Part shown: piece by piece, positions 32,317-41,810 of the stretch
Layout: each line of letters opens with the position of its first letter
How positions within the stretch are numbered: the stretch's first letter is position 1
Assembly: GCA_963736005.1 (NCBI GenBank)
Contig: CAVTNB010000001.1
Span: 1,440,001-1,504,000, forward strand
DNA: 64,000 nucleotides
From: an uncultured Pseudomonadota bacterium
GTDB lineage: Bacteria > Vulcanimicrobiota > Vulcanimicrobiia > Eremiobacterales > Eremiobacteraceae
Direction of reading: 5' to 3'
Made by a program: the position numbers and the translations under genes
Notes under the pieces: model-generated
What the model saw: the letters and a program-made list of their open reading frames with translations, nothing else
The model's database searches: none
Told to the model about the DNA's origin: nothing

Positions 32317-33189
32317 TTGCTCGCGTTGCTAGCTACGGGCGCTCATTGGTTTTCGTATCCAAACATCAACCCGGTGGCGTTTCATGTGGGACCGCTGCCC
32401 ATCCGTTGGTATGGCCTTAGTTACCTTTTCGGCGCAATTCTCGTGTACCTCCAGTTGCAGAGCGGCCGCAGTCGAGAACGCACAGGTTTGACGATCGACC
32501 AGGCGCAGGAGCTCGTGGTCTATGCCATGATCGGCGTCATCGTTGGTGGCCGGCTGTTCTTTTTGATTGCTGACATGCTCACGCCAGCGAGCGCGGGCGG
32601 CCACCCGCCGTCTTACTACGCTGCGAATCCGTTGGAGATCATTGCGATATGGCACGGCGGCATGGCCTTTCATGGAGGTTTCATCGGCGCGCTGATCGGT
32701 ATTTGGCTCTTCCTTCGTCGCACGAAATTCAGTTTCTATCGCGTGACAGATGAAATCGCGCTGTGGATACCCGTCGCTATAGCCGCAACGCGCGTCGTCA
32801 ACTTCATCAATGATGAACTGCCAGGCCGCAAAACGGACTCGCCTGTCGGCATTCTTTTCCCATGCTGCGATGGCTATCGGTACCCATCGCAGATCTTTGA
32901 AGCCATCGGCATGCTTGCGTTTGTGCTTCCTCTGTTGTGGATCTTGCATGGCTCGGGCAAGCGGCGCGACGGGCTTTTGCTCTGGGCTTTTATCGCGGGC
33001 TACGGCCTCGTGCGTACGATCGTGGAGTTCTATCGCGAGCCGGGCATCATCGTGCTTGGACTCACCGGCGCACAGTATCTGACGCTCGCCATGCTCATCG
33101 TTGGGCTTGTCATGATGTGGCGGGTGCAACAAGCACCGATCGCGCCGCCGCGCACGAGCACATCCGGTCGCCTAATCAAACCCTTGTAG
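32317..33189 (+). CDS. lgt: Prolipoprotein diacylglyceryl transferase
   Basis: IRWYGLSY, IWHGGMAFHGG, NFINDEL, YPSQIFEA, VEFYREP. Confidence 0.93.
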   Translation: MLALLATGAHWFSYPNINPVAFHVGPLPIRWYGLSYLFGAILVYLQLQSGRSRERTGLTIDQAQELVVYAMIGVIVGGRLFFLIADMLTPASAGGHPPSYYAANPLEIIAIWHGGMAFHGGFIGALIGIWLFLRRTKFSFYRVTDEIALWIPVAIAATRVVNFINDELPGRKTDSPVGILFPCCDGYRYPSQIFEAIGMLAFVLPLLWILHGSGKRRDGLLLWAFIAGYGLVRTIVEFYREPGIIVLGLTGAQYLTLAMLIVGLVMMWRVQQAPIAPPRTSTSGRLIKPL

Positions 33190-33267
33190 TCGCGCGAATT
33201 TATTCGCGCGTGTAGGGGGCGATTGGAAAATCGCCCCACGTCGTAGCGGGCGACTGTTAAGTCGCCC
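33186..33267 (+). repeat. REP cluster B-C-D, head to tail
   Basis: GTAGTCGCGCGAATTTATTCGCGCG; GTAGGGGGCGATTGGAAAATCGCCCC; GTAGCGGGCGACTGTTAAGTCGCCC. Confidence 0.92.
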
Positions 33268-33287
33268 AAACGTCTGGAGGATTATAT

Positions 33288-34376
33288 ATGCAACGAATCG
33301 CTGCTGCCGGTTTCTTAATCGCCCTCGCCCTCAGTTTGTGCGGCGCTAGCTACCCCGCTCCGACGGAGGGAAACTTTACCGTCAGCAATTACCGCTTCGC
33401 TGACGGAGAAAGTATGGCAAGCGTTCGCATCCACTACCGCACGCTGGGCTCGCCAATGAAAGATTCACAAGGCATCGTTCGCAATGCTGTGCTCATTTTG
33501 CATGGTACCGGCGGATCTGGCGCTCAGTTCCTCAACGACATTTTTGCCGGGCAGCTCTTTGGACCCGGACAGCCCCTCGACGTGACCAAATACTATGTCA
33601 TCCTCCCCGATGACATCGGGCATGGGGATTCGAGCAAACCCAGCGACGGCTTGCACATGCACTTCCCGCACTATGGCTACCGTGACATGGTCGATCTCGA
33701 GCACCGCTTAGTCGTCGATGGTTTGCACGTCAATCACTTGAGGCTTCTCTTTGGGACATCAATGGGCTGCATGCATGCTTGGCTATGGGCCGAAGACTAC
33801 GACACCTTCGCGGACGGCTACATGCCGATGGCGTGCTTGCCGCACGAAATCTCCGGACGCAACCGTATGTGGCGGCGCATGGTGATGGATGCCATCACCA
33901 AAGACCCGCAATTCGACAACGGAGAATATACGACGCAACCACGCGGACTCGTTGATGCGAACTACATCTTTATGATGGTCGGCAGCAGTCCGTTGCGCTA
34001 TCAACAAGCCGCGCCGACGCTGGCGGCGGCCGACGCGTACTTTGACAAACTTGTGGCTGCCTACGTCCAAGGACAAGATGCCAACGACACCTACTACCAA
34101 GTCGCCTCATCGAGCGACTACGATCCGCAACTGGGCCTTGCCAAGATTACGGCGCCGGTGCTTGCGATCAACTCAGCGGACGATCAGATCAATCCTCCGG
34201 AGCTGGGGATTGCGGAGCAGCTGATCAAGCTCGTGCCCCACGCCCAATTCGTCCTTTTGCCGATCAGCAATTTGACCTACGGTCACGGCACACACACGCA
34301 TGCGGCAGCGTGGAAAAACTACCTCATCGATTTTCTCCGCCAGACGAGCACCGCGCCCATCCATGCGGCGTTGTGA
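33288..34376 (+). CDS. Exported alpha/beta hydrolase, homoserine O-acetyltransferase-like family
   Basis: Signal peptide, LHGTGG, GTSMGCM, NSADD, GHGTH. Confidence 0.8.
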   Translation: MQRIAAAGFLIALALSLCGASYPAPTEGNFTVSNYRFADGESMASVRIHYRTLGSPMKDSQGIVRNAVLILHGTGGSGAQFLNDIFAGQLFGPGQPLDVTKYYVILPDDIGHGDSSKPSDGLHMHFPHYGYRDMVDLEHRLVVDGLHVNHLRLLFGTSMGCMHAWLWAEDYDTFADGYMPMACLPHEISGRNRMWRRMVMDAITKDPQFDNGEYTTQPRGLVDANYIFMMVGSSPLRYQQAAPTLAAADAYFDKLVAAYVQGQDANDTYYQVASSSDYDPQLGLAKITAPVLAINSADDQINPPELGIAEQLIKLVPHAQFVLLPISNLTYGHGTHTHAAAWKNYLIDFLRQTSTAPIHAAL

Positions 34377-34705
34377 CAACGGTAATCGTCGCGCATCAAC
34401 CTGCTGACCGTGCGTCCCTGTCTCTTCGAGCCGGCGAAGCAGTGGTGGTCGGAGGTCGCGACGACGAGTGGCCCGCATTTATGTGGTGCTCATGCGCCAA
34501 GGGCGAGGCGTGGATCCCAGACGCTTACATGACGATTGAGGCAAACGTGGGGAAGATACAGCGCGACTACTCGTCGCGAGAGCTGGCAGTCGCTTCAGGT
34601 GACTCGGTGAGCGTGCTCGAGCGATGTGGCGGGTGGGCGTTTTGCGACTTCAACAACGAGCAGGGTTGGATTCCCGAGCGGTGCTTGGGGGGTGAGCGGA
34701 CCTAA
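34373..34705 (+). CDS. Tandem SH3-domain protein
   Basis: GTGA overlap; GEAWIP, RDYSSRELAV..GD.V, GWIP. The stop lies in a REP loop. Confidence 0.75.
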   Translation: MTTVIVAHQPADRASLSLRAGEAVVVGGRDDEWPAFMWCSCAKGEAWIPDAYMTIEANVGKIQRDYSSRELAVASGDSVSVLERCGGWAFCDFNNEQGWIPERCLGGERT

Positions 34706-34790
34706 AGGTCCGCTGCTACATGGACCACGCTCGCGAATAAAATTCGCGCGACTACATGGATCTTGGGGCGATTTTCCAATCGCCCCTTAC
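34694..34790 (-). repeat. REP cluster C-B-A, head to tail on the minus strand
   Basis: GAGCGGACCTAAAGGTCCGCTGCTACAT; CGCTCGCGAATAAAATTCGCGCGACTAC; GGGGCGATTTTCCAATCGCCCCTTAC. Confidence 0.92.
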
Positions 34791-34792
34791 AA

Positions 34793-36364
34793 CTAGCCGC
34801 CGCCTTCATCAGGTGCCGGCGCGGCAGGTTCGGACTCCACCGGCGCGGACTCTTCTTCGCCCCCGCCGCTATCTGCCGGTTGCTCCTCCGAGTAACCGCT
34901 ATCGCTCGATCCACCGTTGTCGCTGCTGTCGCTTTGACTATTCGCGTAGTCTTGGTTCTCTTGCGCTTGTGCCGCAGCGTCTTGTTCTGCCTGTTGGTTG
35001 TAGTTGATTTGCTCTTGGATTTGTTGCTGGGCATCGTAGGCGTCCGACGCCGCCTGATCGGACGCTGTTTGGTCGGCTGACTCGTCATTTTTTGCCTGGT
35101 CGACTCCATTTTGCAAGCAATCGTCGAAATAACTGTCAGACTCTGAGAAGTAGCCGCCGCATTCTGAGGTACGCTGCTGGTACTCGCTTTGCGTCGGCTG
35201 TTGCGCGTTCTCCATCTGCGAGACGTTGAGCGATCCGATGCCATAGCTCTTCACGCCCGCTTGTTGCGCCGCCACGATGAAGTTCCCGAGTTGCGCTCGA
35301 TCTTGCGCGGCCACCGAATAGTGAGGGCTGATGTGCAGGGCCTTATCGTAGTCGATGAACGCCCCACGATACTGCATGAGCCGCTGACGAATCCACCCGC
35401 GGTACGCGTACGCAATGGCGCTATGGGGATCGAGCTTAACGGCATTATTTGCATCCGCAAGTGCGCTCTTATTCGCGCCGAGCGACGCTTTGGCCCAGGC
35501 TCGATCGACATACACATTCGACCACGTCGGATAGTAGGCGAGCGCGCGGTTACAATCGTACAGGGCTTCCTTGACTCGTCCAAGGTTCTCTCGCGTCTCG
35601 CATCGATAGCCCCAGGACCACGCCTTGGGAATCAATTTGATCGCGCGGCTAAAATCGCTATCCGCGTCTCGATAGTCGGCTGCTGCAAAATAGACCTGAC
35701 CGCGGTTTTGATACGGCAACCCCCAACGCGGCGTAAGGTGGATGGCTTTCGTGTAGTCGGCCACCGCCAATCGGAGTTGGCCCGTATGAAAGTATGCCAA
35801 GCCGCGATTGTTTCGATCGATAGCGTCGTTTGCATAGAGCCCAAGCCCACGGTTATAGTCAGGGATCGCGCCTTTGTAGTCGCCCAATTGCGCGCGCGCA
35901 TATCCCAAGCTATCCCACGCCAACCAGCTCTTGGGATACCACCCAACTGCAAGACGCAAGTCGTCTTTGGCGCTCGCCCACTTGCCTTCTTGGATTCTGC
36001 TCACCCCGCGGTAGTAGTATGCGGCGCGGACGAATTTGGGAAGCAAACGGGTATCGCCATTTTTTGCCAGCTGCAATGCTTCGGTAAGGCCCGTGTCTGC
36101 ATTAGCATACTGCTTGAGGTTGTAATAGGCAAGCCCGCGGTCGTAGCTCATAGGAGCTATGTGCGCAAGTGACTCCGCTTGGTTGTAGTCTGCAATGGCG
36201 GTCTTGTAATCTCCATGCTGCTGTGCGGCGCGGCCCTTGTCGAACAACGCGTTTGCGTTTGCGTTTTGTTTGGCCGCGTTGTTGCAGCCAAACACCGTGG
36301 CGCACAGCGCACCCGTCACAAAGAGTGCCGAGACCGCGCCGAAACTAAATTTCACCAATCGCAT
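34793..36364 (-). CDS. TPR-repeat lipoprotein with acidic, low-complexity C-terminal tail
   Basis: VFGC lipobox-like motif; repeated AYxxRG..AIxDYxxA TPR motifs. Confidence 0.85.
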   Translation of the reverse strand: MRLVKFSFGAVSALFVTGALCATVFGCNNAAKQNANANALFDKGRAAQQHGDYKTAIADYNQAESLAHIAPMSYDRGLAYYNLKQYANADTGLTEALQLAKNGDTRLLPKFVRAAYYYRGVSRIQEGKWASAKDDLRLAVGWYPKSWLAWDSLGYARAQLGDYKGAIPDYNRGLGLYANDAIDRNNRGLAYFHTGQLRLAVADYTKAIHLTPRWGLPYQNRGQVYFAAADYRDADSDFSRAIKLIPKAWSWGYRCETRENLGRVKEALYDCNRALAYYPTWSNVYVDRAWAKASLGANKSALADANNAVKLDPHSAIAYAYRGWIRQRLMQYRGAFIDYDKALHISPHYSVAAQDRAQLGNFIVAAQQAGVKSYGIGSLNVSQMENAQQPTQSEYQQRTSECGGYFSESDSYFDDCLQNGVDQAKNDESADQTASDQAASDAYDAQQQIQEQINYNQQAEQDAAAQAQENQDYANSQSDSSDNGGSSDSGYSEEQPADSGGGEEESAPVESEPAAPAPDEGGG

Positions 36365-36443
36365 ATACAGCCATCCCGCTTATGGAAAGAGCACGAGTGG
36401 GGCGAATTCGGTTGCGCCGCCAGTTGGGCCTTTGACGAAAGCC

Positions 36444-39400
36444 TTACGCTCGCGCGAGTGCGAGGCCCAAGCCATCTGGCGACTGGGTCGTAAATGAGGG
36501 CTCGAAAGCGGGACCGTTGAGGTCGGCTGCCAGCGTTTCACCCATGATGTAGTCGCGCCAGCGCTCGATCGCCTGCGCGTAGTCCCCAGCCGCATTGACG
36601 CGCAGGTGGATCCGGTCGCTGATCTGGAGGTCCGCTTGTTTGCGCGCGTCTTGAACAGCGCGGACAACCTCGCGCGCGAGGCCCTCGAGCAACAAGTCGC
36701 GGTCGACCCGCGTATCCAGGGCAACGAGCATCCCGTCACTTTCGGCGAAGGCAAATCCTTGCGCCGATTTGCTGTCGACGAGGACGTCGTCAGGCTCGAG
36801 CGTGAACGTCTGGCCGTTCGCCGCGATGTCGAATGATTTTCCGGCCGCCACCGCAGCCGCGACCGCTCGCGCATCTGCCGAGGCCAGCGCCGCGCGCACG
36901 GCTTGCATCTGCTTTCCGTAGCGCGGACCCAAGCGCGGCAGATTGGGGCGCAAGGCATACTCGATGAATCGTGCCTCAAGGCCCACGACTCGCAGATCTT
37001 TGACGTTGAGCTCGTCGAGCACGAGCGCGCGAAAGCGCTGCAACGCGGCTTCATCAGCGGTCGTTCGAACGCGAACGTGAGCCACCGCAAGCGGCTGGCG
37101 CGTCTTGACCTTGGCACTCGCGCGGGCTTGGCGGCCGAGATCGACCGTTTGTTTTGCAACGCCCATCGGTTGGAGCAGTCCTTCATCGATTGCATCGCCA
37201 TTCGCCGCCGGCCAAGCGCTCAAGTGCACGCTTTCTGGCGCTTGGGCATCTACCGGGCGGATGAGCTCTTGATACAGCGCTTCCGCCAAGAACGGAACGA
37301 ACGGAGCGAGCAGCATGACGACACGGGTCAAGCTTTCGTACAGCGTCCGATAGGCCGCACGTTTGTCGGGTGTGAGCGCGGCGCCCCAAAAACGGTCGCG
37401 GGAAAGCCGCACGTACCAATTGGACAGGTCGTCAACGAAGCGTTCGATGGCGCGGCCTGCCGCTTGCGCGTCGTAGCGCTCGAGCAGTTGCGTGACCTCG
37501 CCCGTCAAGCGCTCCAGGCTTGCAATTGCCCAGCGGTCCAAATCTGACCGCTGCGCGAGCGGCACGTTGTCGGGCACGCCGATCCCGTCCGCGTTTGCGT
37601 ACATCGTGAAGAATTTCGCGCTGTTCCAGAGCGTGTTGAAGAGCTTGTGGGAGCCTTCTTCGACCAGATCCACCGACACGCGCTTTGCTTCGCCCGGCGG
37701 GCTGCCCGTGAAAAAATACCAGCGCAGCGCATCAGCCCCAAGCGCGTCGAAGATGACAGCCGGATCGATTATGTTGCCGCGACTCTTGCTCATCTTTTCG
37801 CCCGCGCGTCAACCACATGGCCGAGGCAGACGACGTTTTTGTATGCCGGACTCTCGAAAAGCATCGTCGCGATAGCGTGCAAGCTGTAGAACCACCCGCG
37901 CGTTTGATCTACTGCTTCGGCGATAAAGTCTGCGGGAAAGCTCTCTTTGAAAAGTGTCTCATTTTCGAACGGGTAGTGGTATTGGGCGTAGGGCATCGAG
38001 CCCGAATCAAACCAAGCGTCCAATACTTCCGGCACCCGGCGAAATTCGCGCCCTTCGTGCTGGAACGTTATGTCGTCGATTGCCGGCCGGTGCAAATCGA
38101 GGCTTGAGAGATCTCGTCCCACGCGCTGCGCGAGCTCGGCGACCGATCCAAAGCACAGATACTCTTCACCGTCGGTCCACAACGGCAGCGGAGTTCCCCA
38201 GAAGCGCTCGCGCGACACAGCCCAGTCAACGTTATTCTCCAACCAGTTGCCAAAACGGCCATACTTGATCGTTTCGGGAACCCAGTTAATCTTGTCGTTG
38301 TTGGCCAGCAGCTGCTTCTTGAAAACGGTCGTGCGAATGAACCATGCAGTTTTGGCGATGAACAGCAGCGGATCGTCCGTGCGCCACCCAAAGGGATAAT
38401 TGTGGCGGTAGGTTTCGGCGCGAAAGAGCAGCCCACGCCGCTTCAAGTCGTCCGTTATCGGCTTATCCGCATCCTTGAAGAACAAGCCGGCGGCGATCGT
38501 CACTTCGGACACCACGCGACCGGTGAAGTCGACGCTATAGTAAATAGGAAGCTTGTGTTCTTTGCCCAGAGCTAAGTCGTCGGGACCATAGGCCGGAGCA
38601 ACATGGACGATGCCCGTGCCGTCTTCCGTCGTGACGAACGGCGCCGGAATGACGAAGTAGCGGTCCTCGGGAGCCTTGCAGTAGTCAAAGAGCGGCTGAT
38701 ACCGCACGCCCGCGAATGCATTGCCGCGCTTTTTCTCCAGCACCACGATCTGTTCGTCGCGAAAAACCCTTGCGAGCAATGGCTCCGCTACGATGAGTTT
38801 TTCGTTTTGGCGTTCCACCACGCAGTACTCCACGTCGGGATGCACGGCGAGCGCCATGTTCGCTGGCAACGTCCAAGGTGTCGTCGTCCAAGCCAGAAAC
38901 GACGTGCTGGGGTCGTCACGCAAACGAAAGCGAACGAAGACCGAGGGATCGTCGACCTCGCGATAGCCTTGCGCAACTTCGTGGTCAGACAGCGTTGCGC
39001 CAATGCGCGGATCGTACGGAACCGACTTGTAATCTTGCACGACGAGCTTGCGATCCCACAACTGTTTGAAGAGCCACCAAACGGTTTCGATGTAGTCATT
39101 GGTCAGCGTGAAGTATGCATCGTCCAGATCCACCCAGTAGCCCATGCGCTCGGTGAGACGGTTCCAATCTCCGACATAACGATACACGCTTTCGCGACAG
39201 CGCCGGGTGAATTCGAGAACGCCGACTTCACTCTCGATCCTGCTCTTGTCGAGAATCCCAAGCTCCTTCTCGATCTCGTGCTCCACGGGGAGGCCGTGCG
39301 TATCCCAACCGCCTTTGCGGCGCACGAAGTATCCGCGCATCGTCCAAAAACGCGGGTAGAGATCTTTGAACGCGCGCGCGAGCACGTGGTGAACACCTGG

Positions 39401-39577
39401 CTTGCCGTTCGCGGTCGGGGGCCCTTCGTAAAATGAGTAGCGCGGGCCATTGCTTGTCTGCGCGAGCGTCCGCTCGAAGATCTTGCGCGTGCGCCAAAAA
39501 TCCAGCACCGATTGTTCGCGCGCGACGGGATCGAGGCGCTCGGACATGGCCGGAAACTTGGCGGCCGGTTGTGTCAT
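36444..39577 (-). CDS. ileS: Isoleucine--tRNA ligase, type 2 (one probable homopolymer frameshift near 37800)
   Basis: FYEGPPTANGKPGVHH, GWDTHGLP, WTTTPWTL, SRERFWGTPLP, DQTRGWF. KMSKS is restored by adding one G. Confidence 0.95.
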
Positions 39578-40695
39578 GCGCTCGTCGCGCGCGCCGCATG
39601 GAGCGCGCGGAAGATCGACTCTTGGGTGACGATGCCCACCAGTTCACCCGAATCGTACACGGGGAGCTCGCTGAGGTTGCGCTCGTGCAGACGGTTGAGC
39701 ACGTCGCGGGCAGATTCGGTTCCCGTCAGCGCGACGGTGCGCGCGATCGGCGTCATGATGGTGCTCACCGGCGTCTGATCCCACAGCGGCAACGGAATGC
39801 CCGAGGTGTGACGAACGTCGGCCAAGCCGACGAGCGTCCCCTGATCGACCACGGGATAACCCGTCTGCGGTTTACCGGCAACTTCGCCGATAAATGCCGC
39901 GACTGTCGTATTGGCAGGCACGGGGACGAGCGTCTTCATCATGCAATCGCGCACGCGCATGCACTCCAAGGCGAGATCGATTCGCGCTTGTCGACCCATC
40001 GTCAGTGCTGCCTGAGCGAGAAAGGCGCCGATCAACACCCACCACAAACCTCGCAGCTCGCGCAAGGCAAAGGTGAAGTACAAGCCTGCCAGGATAAGCC
40101 CGGCCGCCACCACCAAACTGACACCGCTCGCCCAAATCGTCGCTCGCGCCTGACTCGATTGCGCCATCCAAAGCAGCGAGCGCAGCACGCGGCCTCCGTC
40201 GCTCGGAAATGCCGGCAACAAGTTAAACGCGGCCAGAAGCCCGTTGGCCCACGCTAAGAAAAAACAAAACGTCCAGCCCCACCCCCAATGCGCTGCTGCA
40301 GCGCCGATGGAGAGCACGTAAAAGACAAGCGCCAGCACGACGCTCAGCGCGGGACCGGCAATGGCCATCTTGAGTTCGTCAACGGGCAGGTCCGGCTCGC
40401 GCATGATGGTTGCGACGCCGCCAAACAAAAACAGCGTGATGCCACCGATCGGTATGCCCAGTCTACGAGCGACAAGCGCGTGCGCAAATTCGTGCGCCAC
40501 GACGCTCGCGAACAAGACAAACGACGCGACAAGGCCCAAAATGAGGCTGCTCGTGCCGCTTTGGTCAGGTGAAAAATAGCGCGCCGCAACGGTTGCCGAC
40601 CAGGCGAAGAGGGCATAGATGGCAAGCCAGCTCGGATGAATGCCGATCGCGATCCCAGCAATGCGGCAAACGTTCCACGTCCCACGAAAACGCAT
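39574..40695 (-). CDS. Site-2 protease (M50) with CBS domains
   Basis: HEFAH, AIAGP, FNLLPAFPSDGGR; C-terminal CBS pair. Confidence 0.92.
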   Translation of the reverse strand: MRFRGTWNVCRIAGIAIGIHPSWLAIYALFAWSATVAARYFSPDQSGTSSLILGLVASFVLFASVVAHEFAHALVARRLGIPIGGITLFLFGGVATIMREPDLPVDELKMAIAGPALSVVLALVFYVLSIGAAAAHWGWGWTFCFFLAWANGLLAAFNLLPAFPSDGGRVLRSLLWMAQSSQARATIWASGVSLVVAAGLILAGLYFTFALRELRGLWWVLIGAFLAQAALTMGRQARIDLALECMRVRDCMMKTLVPVPANTTVAAFIGEVAGKPQTGYPVVDQGTLVGLADVRHTSGIPLPLWDQTPVSTIMTPIARTVALTGTESARDVLNRLHERNLSELPVYDSGELVGIVTQESIFRALHAARATSA

Positions 40696-40715
40696 GTGCT
40701 ATCTTGTTTCCGCCG

Positions 40716-41810
40716 TCACGAGACGGTACCTTCCACGAACGTCTGCAGCCAGTCGAAGGCCTTGGACGCGAGCGCGGCTTGCGCAGCCGCACCTTCTTTG
40801 ATTCTCGCTGAAAGCGAAGATCGTGACGACCATAACGAATCGACAACCTCGTCAGCGTTGCCGGGTTGCAGCGGTGGCAGCGGATAGTGCAGACTCTCGC
40901 TGAGCGCCGTGATTTTTGGGTCGTACGGAACGGACAGAAAGGGCACGCCAAGACGAGCGGCGAGGATGAGCGAATGGAGGCGCATGCCAATCAGCGCCGT
41001 ACAGCGCGCGAACAGCGCCGTCATGGTCGCAAGATCGTAGCCGCCTCCCAGCAGCACCGGCGACGTGCGACAGCGTCGAATGATGGCGACCGCCGCTTCA
41101 ACGTCATTGGGTCGCTGAAAAGGAACGAAAACAACCTGGGCACCGTAACGATTGGCCAGCAGATCGACCGCGCGGGCAATTTCCGCTCCGATTCGGTCGA
41201 GCACTCGAGCGGGCCGAACTACGACCGCGACAAGCTGGCCCAATCCCGTGATGCCTTCTGCCGTCAGCGCGCGCGAGGCTTCGTCGTTTCCCTCATCGGT
41301 TGCCAAGAACACAGGGTCGGCCCCCACGCGGACGTCAACTTTCGGTAATAATTCTTGAAGCAGCGTTGCGCTTGCGGTGTCACGCACGATTGCGAGATCC
41401 ACTTGCGCACAGCCGCGACGAACGATGTGCTTGGCCGTGAATCCGAGCGGTCCAATGCCCTGTGCGAAAATCACGGCTGCGCGCCCAGCTCTTTTCGCCT
41501 CATGAATCAACCCCGTGTAATAGAGCAGACTGCGCAGGCTCGTACTTGACTGCAGCAAACCGCCGCCGCCGCTGACAAACGCGTCAGAGTCGCCTAGGGC
41601 TTGCGCGATAGCAGCATGCGCCATGCGCGGCACCGCCTCGACGCCAAACGTCGCGGCCGTTTGCGCGGGCTTCGCCGAAAGAACGCGCAGCACGTCGCCT
41701 GGCCGTCTGCGGCGCCACTGCTCGACAAACATTTGAAGAATCGCTTCGTCGCCGAAGTTGTCAAAACCGTAGTAGCCGGAAAGAAGCAGCCGCGCGCGCG
41801 CGCCGCTCAT
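40716..41810 (-). CDS. csaB: Polysaccharide pyruvyl transferase CsaB
   Basis: SGYYGFDNFGDEAIL, SGGGGLLQ..SLRSLLYY, AQGIGP, MRLHSLI, YDPK. Confidence 0.9.
   Translation of the reverse strand: MSGARARLLLSGYYGFDNFGDEAILQMFVEQWRRRRPGDVLRVLSAKPAQTAATFGVEAVPRMAHAAIAQALGDSDAFVSGGGGLLQSSTSLRSLLYYTGLIHEAKRAGRAAVIFAQGIGPLGFTAKHIVRRGCAQVDLAIVRDTASATLLQELLPKVDVRVGADPVFLATDEGNDEASRALTAEGITGLGQLVAVVVRPARVLDRIGAEIARAVDLLANRYGAQVVFVPFQRPNDVEAAVAIIRRCRTSPVLLGGGYDLATMTALFARCTALIGMRLHSLILAARLGVPFLSVPYDPKITALSESLHYPLPPLQPGNADEVVDSLWSSRSSLSARIKEGAAAQAALASKAFDWLQTFVEGTVS

Noticed and set aside
33186..33267. tRNA or ncRNA cloverleaf, or mini-CRISPR
   Set aside because: It resolves into three independent GTAG hairpins that recur elsewhere in other orders; no acceptor stem or T-loop.
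35189..36172. Long antisense ORFs (also 11436..12380, 27123..28160, 38603..39436)
   Set aside because: They are shadows of well-supported genes in GC-rich DNA and have no recognisable motifs.
37790..37810. Programmed frameshift or split ileS
   Set aside because: One missing G in a G-run restores GEKMSKS; typical long-read error.
39574..39700. T-box leader for ileS
   Set aside because: The ileS start overlaps the upstream stop (ATGA), so there is no leader.
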